From the NCBI GenBank assembly GCA_036172245.1, contig JAYWIR010000043.1, forward strand, positions 1,240,001-1,304,000: 64,000 nt of DNA. Direction: 5' to 3'. A program made the position numbers and the translations under genes. Numbering within the stretch: position 1 is the stretch's first letter; each line of letters starts with the position of its first letter. Positions 38,085 to 47,879 of the stretch are shown in pieces. Source of the stretch: Raillietiella orientalis (Eukaryota). Under the pieces are notes generated by a model. The model had not been told where the DNA came from. It ran no database searches and saw nothing but the letters and a program-made list of their open reading frames with translations.

Positions 38085-38903
38085 TTGTTCTTACTCCGGA
38101 TCGAAGACGATGCCATTTTTTATGGATTCTATGAATCGACATTGTACGACTTCTTGGTGGTCTCGGGTGAAGTCGGCAACTACGATCGGCCCTCCCTTAT
38201 AAATGTGAGCCGCGTCGGCCTTCTTGCAAGAGTGCATGTAGATGGCATTCCTTTTGAGATATAGACGTTCTGCCATCGTTGTCTCGCCGGCGTTTCCTAC
38301 TGGATCGTAAAACCAGTATATGTTTCTTGGGTGGGTAGGTCTCCTGATGATGTCCAGTGGATCCATCTGCCATCCTCTCAGACGTAAGGTAGCTCGTGGG
38401 TTTTTGGCAGTCCTGTTTCTTGTGAGGCGGAAGCGTTCTTTTATGATGTTTATACTCCGAGCGTAAAATTTCGTGTGATGTTGGAGTATGAAGCTTTGAT
38501 CTGCTCCTGCTTGTATGAGTTGAAGGATAGGATGCGAGTTTATGAAATTCATGTATGCAAATGCCTGTTGTTCGTAGGACGCTGGTTCTACGTCATCGGC
38601 GATTGCGCCGAAAGTGCAAGCAGCTTGTCAGATTTCGTGCAGTACCGTAAGTTGCTTTGAGGCGACCCTTTGCTTTTTTCCAAGTGGCATTTTGCAAATG
38701 GTTTTCTATGGAGCCCTGGTAGTGTTTTTGGTTCTATGAAGCTGCATGTATCCCTGGAGATGTTGAGTTCCCGTTGTGGCAGTTTCTTTTCCGAAGACGG
38801 CGAACTTGCAATTGCTGCAACACCAAGTCTTGATTTTGGCTAGTTCGTCTTCGCTGTAGTTGTTGAAGGTGATGCCATATGGACTATTCTTCAACCGGTG
38901 CAT
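38085..38903 (-). pseudogene. rep: Endogenous CRESS-DNA virus replication initiator (HUH endonuclease + SF3 helicase), disabled
   Basis: Motif I ITFNNY, motif II QHLQGY, motif III NLRYCTKSD after HLEKSKGS. Helicase IYWFYDPVGNAGET (Walker A, K>E), IVVADF (Walker B), IESIKNGIVF. Frameshifts near 38741 and ~38615; stop at 38091-38093. Confidence 0.93.
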
Positions 38904-38994
38904 GGTGAGACTTGTAGAAATTCACTGAAGGTAATAACCGCGGATCGGTCGTAGTTGGTGCCTTATGTACGCCGTAAGTGCGTAGTTTGTGGCG

Positions 38995-39026
38995 CAGCAA
39001 TCCGGTGAGTATTACCCAGTTTGCTG
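38995..39026 (+). promoter_or_regulatory. CRESS rolling-circle origin stem-loop with nonanucleotide GAGTATTAC (39007-39015)
   Basis: NANTATTAC-type motif in the loop of CAGCAATCCGG / CCAGTTTGCTG (9 of 11 pairs), between divergent rep and cap. Confidence 0.88.
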
Positions 39027-39273
39027 AGTAACCGATCCTGTGGGGAATTGATAGGCAGCGCGGTATGGGTGTTCTGTTTCTGGCTAAAGCCCACGATCCT
39101 GAAGGACTCGAAGTATGCGGAAAGCCTTCAGAGCTCCCAGATGGGTGGCTGGTGAAACCCGACCTCGTGGGGGGATCAGATAAGTCGGTTGGGCGGAGCG
39201 CACCAGCTGGGGTGTGGAGTACAAATGGTAAGGGGGTCAATAAAAAAATGGCAGTAGGCTGTCAAGCAGCTGA

Positions 39274-39615
39274 ATGGTGTCGTCTATGCGTTTTCGCTCG
39301 CGGAAGCGGAAAGGAGGGCAAACGTCTTTCGTTAGTAAAAGGAGGAAGTTAGTAAGACGTGGACACAGTACATATAAAAGGCGTCGAAGGTTTAATCGGA
39401 AACGTAGACGCGTCCGCATATTGCGAAATCCGAGATGGAAGTATGCGAAAGCTGTTTGTGCAGTGGAGCGCGCAGGTTTGCTGCAGGCTTTGCATTACAG
39501 TTCTGAGCGTATGATGGCTGCTGATGCCATAAATTGCTGTTGGATGTTTATGTAGGCCGAGCAGTACTGGAGAGGGTTGTTGAAATTTGTGAATTTGGAA
39601 CAAATGGGAAGGCCC
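39274..39615 (+). pseudogene. CRESS virus capsid N-terminal fragment (arginine-rich motif), truncated/frameshifted
   Basis: MRFRSRKRK...KRRKLVRRGHSTYKRRRRFNRKRRRVRILR, divergent from rep across the origin. The 3' end is approximate. Confidence 0.78.
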
Positions 39616-39927
39616 CGCGAACTCTGGTCTCGGCCTCCTGACGCTTTTGAGGACGAAGCGCCAGCTCCAGTGTACAAGATTAGCCCCGGAAGAGATGGTA
39701 CGGACCACCCATCGCAGCGTCATAGCCAGCCTCCTGGCCAAGAGAGCAGGCGGTGCCGAGTCACTCGATGGGTTCCTCGTGCATGGCCACCGACAGTTGG
39801 TGCGATGTGCTTATCTACTCCTGCAAATGATTTCCTCGCTCCAGGAGAAGCCAGATCGACTTCAGGCCGCCCGCCAACAGCAGCGCCTGAAAACAGGAAA
39901 AAGACTGGCAATCTGAAAGATCAAGAA

Positions 39928-42900
39928 TTCAGCAAAGCAGTTCTTTTTTTAGGATTTCGCGTATTCAGATGTCGGCATCACCTTTTGGGAGAGTTTCCCA
40001 TTCTCATCATGTAGCCTAACCATCAGCATCCTTCCCAGATTGGTGGCGATGCGTTCGAAAGTTCACTTGCAGCCCCCTATTCAGTTTTTCAATTGCATGC
40101 AATGAAATGTAAAAGTTACTATTTATTGCATGTCAGAATTTTTGCTCAGGAAACAGAAACATTCAGTCATAGTCTCTTAGCTGGACTTCAAAAGTGGTGT
40201 GAGCTGCATCATTGAAATTTCGAAGGTGAGAGTATCCATCACGATCTGCATCCACGAGCTGCTCTTCCATTCTAGTGCAGGGTTCCGGCTAGGTTGAATT
40301 TTTCCATGGTCCAGTGGGCTTCTCCCATCAGTTTCACAAGCATCACTTGTGAAGTGCGAGGAAGAAGCCATGCCCCTGTGGTAGACCCTGCTGCACTTTC
40401 CATTAACCACTTTCTGAGAATGGCGGTTACTTCGTTCTTCAGGTTTCGGTTTCAATAGATCCAGTAGGGAAGCTTCAGGGGGAGTAGACATGGGCTGCGT
40501 AATAGGGAGGAAAAGGATCCTATTTGGGGTATCAACAGAAAGGAAACACTCTTCGTAAAGCTATTTCGAAAGTTGCTTCCTCTCCACGTGCTCAAATCTT
40601 TCGCTGTAGCTGAAGAAGTCCACGAAATTCAGCATCATTTTTCTGCTGCATCTCAATCACAGGTGTCCACGTTCTGCAGGCCACGTATGTAACTTTTCAG
40701 GTCTTGATCCCGCAAGCAATTGCTGAGGCTTTCAGCAAACGTGTATGGCAGAATGCGGCAGCTGTTGTGAGCAGAATGGAAAACTCTGTAAAAATCCTCC
40801 AGTAGCTCATTCCTTTTTACTGCCTTCTTAATCTGCTGTTTTATCATACTTGCAAACATTGGAAATTCCTCTTTGTACCAATCCGATTTGAGGAAGTCAG
40901 CCATGCTGGAATTCCTCATGTATGCAGACACCTTCTGAACACTTCCAGTTAAGATATCGTGCATGAAGGAGTTTCCAATTTTCCAGTGCTTCATCAACTC
41001 CAGTTCACATTCACAATCTCTAACAAACTCTATGGTGTCATTGAATTCAGAAAGGGGCAATGCATTTGACATACTTAAAGAGTCCCCGATGCTGCAGATC
41101 TTGCAAGCATGCTGTATTATGAGCTTAGCTACAGGTACTATCAACTCTCGCCCATAATACCTACTACCACAAAGGGTATCAAGAGCCACATCCAAGGCTG
41201 TTGCGTTATTCCCATTTACCACATTCATATCAGGCTCGTGTTCTAGCAGTGTTTCAGCAACTTTTATGCTTCCACAAAAAGTGAGCATATGAAGAACTGT
41301 TGTTCCATATGTGTCCTGAGCATTGATATCTGCTTTGTAATCCAATAGGAGCTTTACGAGTGTATCACTTTTATTCTCGACGGCAAGATGAAGCGGAGTC
41401 CTCCCGTCCTTTCTCTTAAAGTTCACACGTGCTTCGTGCTTCAAAAGAAGTTCCGCTATCTCAACTCTCTGATACTTAACAGCTTCGTGTAGAGGAGTTG
41501 AACCCTTTCCGTCGATGGCACCGATGTATGCATTAGCATCTAAGAGAAGTTTTACTACTTTCTCATTTGATTTCCTAGAAGCAACATGAAGGGCGGTTGC
41601 TCCATCCATGCTCTTCGAATTGACATTGGAATGGAAATCCAAGAGAAGTTTTACTAATTCTGCATTTCTTTTAGCCGCGGCGATATGGAGTGCCGTCGTA
41701 CCAAGCACGTACGTGGAGGAAGCATTTTTTTTGTTTCGAAAACGTGGTTTCCTGGAAGTAACGCGAGAAGATGTGCCTTCGGTTGCTGTGGCTTCAGCTG
41801 AACCTTGAAGACGTCCAGAATACAGGGCTCTTTTGAAGTATTTTTCCAAATAGTGTGGTATAAGATTGATGCCCGTAGGAAAATTCGCATCAACTCCATG
41901 TTTGAGAAGTTCCTCAGCGATCGCTAGAGATCCTTCTTCAGCAGCCATGTGCAGAGGAGTGATCCCATTTTCGTCCACAGCATTAGCAACTGCTCCCCTA
42001 CATAATAGCAATCTAGCAATTGCGCGGTTCTCGTGCTTTGCAACCAAATGAAGGGCACTCCTTCCTCTTTCATCTGCACTATTTACATTCTCATCGTTAT
42101 TCAAAAGAAAATCAACTTTCGACCGGTCTCCCAGAATCACAGCTATGTGCAGTGACGTGAGAGATTGGTCGTAAGGTGTCTTTAAAGCCGAGTCCCCCTT
42201 GCCTAAGAGACACTCGACCACGCGACAAGGATCATCTTTAAAAGCATCTCGAAGTAGCAAGTAAGTTTTCCATATTTGCGGTGTGTATATGCCAAGGGAT
42301 TTTAGAATTTCGTTCACTCTTTTTTCATTTCCTTCCTTGATTACACTCACTACTCTCTCAAATAAATAAGCACTCTTATTCATGGTCAAGCTAACCTTCA
42401 AACGGTATGCTTACGTGAAAAAGGATCTCGACATTCACTTCGTCGAAGCAACGACACACGCCACGGTCTGGCTGTGCTTTCTGCGTGCCGATTGCAAGCA
42501 GCGTATTTATGGGGGGCAGTCTGACTGCCAACATGCAAAGGCACATCCGCAGGCTACGTCCGTTAGCGCCCGTGACACCATTCGAAAATGCAACCTGCCA
42601 AAGAAGGACCTCAGCAAGCGACGATTCGGATCGTCTGCAAGCGAAGCGCTTCCATAAGACCGTCGTTACCTTCGACGTGGTCACTTTCTTCCCTTGTGCA
42701 TCTTAACCTACCCAAAGATGCCATCCGTGCACAGCAAACTGGAAGGGGACAGTGTTCCATCTAGAAGAACGCGCTTCATGCCCAGGGGGGAGACACGGAG
42801 CGCGTGCAGCCATGGAGACAGGCTGCTGCTCATCGTACAGGCAGAATTCGTAGGTGCGCCGCCCATCATTCGGCGCACCCTTCTGTGCTCTTGGCGCGCC

Positions 42901-44266
42901 CCACTGACGAGCAAAGAGTGCCAATTTGTGCAGCAAGACGGCCTTTGCGGTTGGATTTGGAGGTCGTGCCACTCTCTCGACCTCAGAAAGGAGCACATTG
43001 CATGGCGGTGTTGCCTGCTATGCGTCCTCCGCCGCATTTGATTGGAAGCCGATCGAGGGTCCGGTGGACAGGTTTCCAAGTGTTCCGAGAGTTTGCTGAA
43101 GGTTGTCATGGAAGAGGTTTTCGTGGTACGCATCCGTCCAGGTTGCGGGGCGACTCTTGCATGGTTTCACTTGGCAGCGAGGAGAAATTTTCAACTTTTC
43201 GCCAGCTCACCCGTGTGCGTCCTGTTGACGTGACACGGAATCACTTCGCTCTCATGCACCATCCAGATGCGTAGCGGACCTTGTGCCAGAGGATGCGCGA
43301 GACGCTGCCTGGGTCGCACGTTCGGCATTTCTTGCCACATTTCTTCGCTGGGAAGTCGAGGCGAGCGCGGAAGTGGAAGAAGGCGAACTGCTCGCGTGGT
43401 TTGCAGCTGAAAAGCGAGATCGGTGAGACGCGGAGGGACAGTGGCCACGCTAGGGCATGGCGAGCTCTGGATGTCAACATGGATGTTGAGAAGAGAATCA
43501 GCGTTCTTGGAGAAAGCGTTTATCGCTTACTCTTGTTTGCTGGCAAGTGTTCTCTGTAGTTTCGCCCACTTTCGGTGGCAGTGTTCGTCTCCCATGCAAA
43601 AAAAATGCCTTGCATCGTCCCCCTGAATTGCTCTTCAGGGAAGGCCTACGCCTGCCTGTATGGCTTTCCCGTTTTCCTTCTTTGGCTTCCAGCTCCGCGT
43701 CAGCTACAGCTTAATTTTCTATTCGGCTGTGGTGATTGCTTCGCTCGCGGCCAACGCCGTTTGCTGGCTCCTCGGCCATGGCCTTCCGCGATGGGTGCCA
43801 TCGAACGATCTGGACTCAGGTCACGCTGAGAAAGCGGGTCAGGTGATGTAAGGCGATGATGCAACGGCGACTGCCTCGAGGCCATGTGAATCGGAGCCCG
43901 CCCACTGCTCAAAGTGGTGATCGGTCCGCAACGCGCCGTGAGATGCGAGGCAGGACAGATGCCTTGATCGGTGCTTCCTGACTCGGACGTTTCGGTAGTC
44001 ACGATGCGGGTTCCAGCTGCTCATTCCTGCTTTCTTCATCCTCCGTGACCTCACGACTGTGCGTTGTTTCAGCACGTTGAGATGTGCGTCTACAAATTGT
44101 GGGCGGTTTCGTTGGGAACCGGCGGCTGCTCTGCATGTTTCGCCCGAGGGCAACACGGGAAATCGCGCATGCACTGACAACGCCTGCAGAACGTGCCTGA
44201 ACGTCATCAGCAAAGAGAAGATCTTTGAAGCTATGCGTCAGGAACTTCACTTGCATGCTGTGAGCT
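39928..44266. repeat. Inverted repeat 2, left arm (4339 bp; partner 53799-58137)
   Basis: Mirrored ORFs with coordinate sum 98065. A handful of substitutions noticed near the outer end. Confidence 0.98.
40653..42383 (-). CDS. Ankyrin-repeat + PRANC-like protein (ANK-3, 576 aa from first ATG)
   Basis: Intact ORF; one residue different from ANK-4 (NVDTCD vs NVDACD). Confidence 0.92.
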   Translation of the reverse strand: MNKSAYLFERVVSVIKEGNEKRVNEILKSLGIYTPQIWKTYLLLRDAFKDDPCRVVECLLGKGDSALKTPYDQSLTSLHIAVILGDRSKVDFLLNNDENVNSADERGRSALHLVAKHENRAIARLLLCRGAVANAVDENGITPLHMAAEEGSLAIAEELLKHGVDANFPTGINLIPHYLEKYFKRALYSGRLQGSAEATATEGTSSRVTSRKPRFRNKKNASSTYVLGTTALHIAAAKRNAELVKLLLDFHSNVNSKSMDGATALHVASRKSNEKVVKLLLDANAYIGAIDGKGSTPLHEAVKYQRVEIAELLLKHEARVNFKRKDGRTPLHLAVENKSDTLVKLLLDYKADINAQDTYGTTVLHMLTFCGSIKVAETLLEHEPDMNVVNGNNATALDVALDTLCGSRYYGRELIVPVAKLIIQHACKICSIGDSLSMSNALPLSEFNDTIEFVRDCECELELMKHWKIGNSFMHDILTGSVQKVSAYMRNSSMADFLKSDWYKEEFPMFASMIKQQIKKAVKRNELLEDFYRVFHSAHNSCRILPYTFAESLSNCLRDQDLKSYIRGLQNVDTCD

Positions 44267-44600
44267 CGATGGTATTAGAAGGAGGCACTTGGAGGATTGT
44301 GAAATCTCCTGCTACGTACTGCTTCATCTGTGCGCCTCGAAGACAGCTGCAGATACCGATATGTCGTTCGCATTGCACAAATCCCCAGTCTATGTTACTG
44401 CAGAATGCTGAAGTGCCACCGACTCCATGGAGAATTCGGCACGGAAGATCCGTTTCCTACCTTTCTGGAAAGAAAAAGCACTTCGTTTCCTTCTTATAAT
44501 GGAGTACGTACTTCGACAAAGGCCGTGAACAGTGAAGGGCAGAAGTGTGCTCTGTTCCGATATCCCTGCGCAAATGTCCTCGTGTGTGCTGCAGCGCCAC
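42390..44600 (+). mobile_element. Decayed LINE ORF2 (APE to RT) head-to-head with ANK-3 (mirrored at 53799-55675, minus strand)
   Basis: DLDIHFVEATTH, GLCGWIWRSCH, LGHGLP (~PGxDGLP), ISKEKIFEAM (~DxEKAFDxV), GIRRRHLEDCEIS (~RGxxQGCxIS). Confidence 0.6.
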
Positions 44601-44619
44601 TTTCGAGTGAGTGCACCTA

Positions 44620-45680
44620 AACTCAGAGGCACACTTTGTCTGATGAACGACGGCCGCATTGAACCACTGCACATAATGCAGGGAAGTACAAGATAAACTC
44701 GTTGGCACCTTTGTACTTTTCGGGAATTCTACTCCTGCGACCTGGACGCTGCTTGCTTGGACAACGATCGATTTTGATTTGGCTGCTTGGGCCGACCGAG
44801 GTCAGCGGCAGATTCACCAGGGATGCCACCACGTTTCCCAATCGCGCGTCGCACAGTTTTGAGCAGCAGAAATCCACCTGCAGAGAGAACGAGGTGGTGG
44901 TGGTGGTTCTTCGATTGCAGAGGTGGGCAGGGCCGCCGCTTCCTTGCGACGATGCTCCCAGCTCGCCGCGAGCAGTCTGGAAGACGAGGTTCGCAGCGCC
45001 ACAGGCGCTTTTCTTGGCGCCATGTATCGGTTCGTATTTTTCCTGAGCCGGTGCGTAAAGCTGCAACGTTTTAGCGACTAAGTCGGGTGTTGGGAACCAG
45101 AAGAAGCAGCTTCCAACGCTTTTCCTAAGGGGATTTCCATTCTGTTTCTGAACGAATGGCAAAGAGAGCGATGGCGAGATGCTTACCGGAGACATGATGA
45201 AGACATGATGCAACTGTCCTTGGTGCATCGCGTCAGCCAAAATTCTTTCATTTTCCGCTGGCTGCAAAGATGACTTTTCCATCTGATTCCTGAAGCTCAA
45301 GGAGCCAGGAGCTTACAGGATACGGACTTTCGAGTCTGGAAATCCCGCTAGATAACCATGGATCTTAGGGGAAAGCGCTCCGACAGAATGAGCTCATTTA
45401 CATCTGGAGATTGGAGCAGCGCCCGTGGAAATTCCTGTCTTTGAATTTCGGTGGCACCTCCCAGGAAGCAGCTCCGACGGTTGCCACATGCGAGGACAGG
45501 AGCGCCAACTCTGCAAAGGGCAGGAAGAGGAATTCGTTTCCTGCCTGCTGTCCCAAGGATGGAAGCAAGGATTGCGAATTCAAGGTGTCTGCAGGCGAGG
45601 ATTCGCAAGGAAAGCAGCAAGGAACGCCCGGGATCGGTCCCAAATCTCGCTCGCCGAAATCACGAAAGATCAGAAAAAAT
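44620..45680 (-). mobile_element. Probable decayed LINE RT fragment
   Basis: LVAKTLQLYA (~WIxxLY) and GASSQGSGGPAHL (~GxxQGxPxSxxL); weak. Confidence 0.4.
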
Positions 45681-45699
45681 AAATATGCGCGCTTATTCT

Positions 45700-46080
45700 A
45701 AATGGATTCATATGCAAGTTATTTTCAATCTATGTACTTGTGCATATTTACTTAAATGCATATTATTAGCAGTGCCATTATATTAAAAAATATATATGTT
45801 TGTCAATGTCTATTAAGATACACATTTATAGAATTCAGTGTTTTATGATATTTTTCATATCCATATATTCAAGGGCATAAATTATACATGTATGCATCGT
45901 TTCTGTGTATACACGCATATGTTCAGTAAATACATAAATGTGGAATTTCAAAAAATGAAAAATAATCGCGACCAACCAAACCAAAAGCAAACCAATCAAA
46001 GAAACAAAAAGGGAATCGTGATGTATGAAAACCCACATGAGAATGTAATGTATCCATTGTGGTTCTCATAAAGTTGGGTG
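45700..46080. other. AT-rich low-complexity spacer (TA/CATA-rich)
   Basis: Abrupt drop in GC content with TATATA/ACAT runs. Confidence 0.75.
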
Positions 46081-46099
46081 GCATGAAGTAAGAGCTGGC

Positions 46100-47750
46100 C
46101 GAGTTTCAGCACAGTGGCGGTAGCAGGAAGAGAAATCACGAATTTTCGATAGTTCTGAAGGCAAAAAGGAGCGCACCCCACAGACCGAGGAGGCCGATGT
46201 CCACTTTAATGAACTGAGAGGCGCATTGCATTCTACCTATGCTTGACTACATGATGACTGCATCAGAGAAATGGTTGATCGGAAGGATGTCCCAAGGGTA
46301 ACCGAACCCCGAAATTCTTCACTCGAGAATCTGAGACTGTTGAAGAATTTAAGAATTATCAGATTCTGTTTCCAACCATAATTTCTACCACTTCGTCATT
46401 GCCGACGGTTTTCCTCTGGGTCGGAGGACCTAGAGAAGAATTCTCGACTTGGTCTCTGCTGCCTGCTTCTGTGACATGAAGCTCGGGCCATGTGTGGTGT
46501 CCAGTGGTTTCACGATGCAAAACTTTGAAAGAGTAGAATCCCACCAGACGACCCGCATGACCCCAGCATCCATCTTCATCTGTGGGGCTGTCGGATGCAG
46601 CTTCAGAACGCGGACTGCAACAGCACCCGCTCAAGTGCTAAGCATGAAGATGCCCTTCATTCATGATTTGGAAACTGCGCAACTGCGTTAACGATGCAGC
46701 TTGAACTACGTGTTGACCGAGAAACTTCCAGACCATGTGTGTCCGGAGGGGCGTGCACGCCCTCTGCTCAACTGAACACTGTCACTGATGTACATTTGGA
46801 AAGTCCACATATTGAGCCGGATTGTTAGATGGCCTCTGGCACGAGGACAGGCCACCTCAGCCACCAAATCTAACATGCCTGGGGGTAGAGCGGCGTACGG
46901 CAGTGGCGGCTCCAGTGGTGACGGTGACAAATGAAGGAGAGGAAGCCCCATTGGCAAGTACGCTACAAGATTCTTTTGAGACGGATGCGCGCGAGATGGA
47001 AGAGCCAGAAGGAAGAGGTTCGAGATTTGCTTCTGCTAGAATCCTTCTGGAACAGAATGGTTTCTACAGGAGCCTTTAAGAAAGCGTTATTGTCCCCATC
47101 GAATGAAAGCACAAGTACCCTCAGTTTGAGATCAAGATGGAGATGCTTTGACTCTCGATGACTCTCGCCTCCTTCATATGCCGTACTTCCCCTCCCGGTT
47201 GCGAACGAACATATTTGATCCGCAGTTCGCTAATGCAAGCGAAGAAATAACTCGAATGCCACAGGAAATTTTTAAATCGACAGGAGGAAGGTCCACGGAA
47301 GAAGGCGAATTGATGTCTATTTCGCTCCCTGATAAGAAAGTGGGCGACGATAGAGAAAAAATTGCCAACTCCGACTGAATTGCAGTCGAAAGATCTGGAA
47401 GAAAGTCGGAAAAAAGGAGAACGTACAGTAGGAGATGTGGCGATTCTCGGTAATGGAGAGTCGCTCGCAACGGCTACTTGATGACGAGAGGACACGGCGG
47501 AGAAGTGCGGAGGCTGCGTACGACTCCGTTTGGGGAAAAGAGCGTCATGTTCCGAGGAAAAATCCTTCAAAACTGCGCGCAAGAACGCAAGAACTGTGGA
47601 CCCTCACGACCAACCTGCAGCCCAGAAATTGTACAATACGAATCGAATGAGGGCAATGCGAGCAATTTTGATACGAAAAGAGCTCCGATGGTTGATGGAT
47701 CAAATAGCTATCCTGGGACGTTGTTATCGTGAACTGAAGCTCACCAGAAG
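46100..47750 (+). mobile_element. Decayed LINE RT/post-RT fragment
   Basis: RRPMSTLMN (~WRPISLLN), RIPPDDP/PASIFI (~RQGDPLSPxLFI), CVND (~YADD), LTCLGVE (~YLGV). Confidence 0.5.
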
Positions 47751-47765
47751 AAGCTGACGATAACT

Positions 47766-47799
47766 GGATGTTACGTCATCTGAAGCTGACGTAACATCC
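47766..47799. repeat. Perfect 13-bp inverted repeat with 8-bp spacer: GGATGTTACGTCA-TCTGAAGC-TGACGTAACATCC
   Basis: Read directly from the sequence; function unknown. Confidence 0.95.
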
Positions 47800-47879
47800 C
47801 TCTGCAAATGCAAATAGGGAGAAAGAGACGGATTTCGCCTTTACGCAAGAAGGGGTTTCTGCGCTCCTACGCAGGGCGA

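Noticed and set aside
38884..39240. 118-aa ORF across the viral intergenic region as a third viral gene
   Set aside because: Non-ATG start, no recognisable motifs, and it overlaps the origin.
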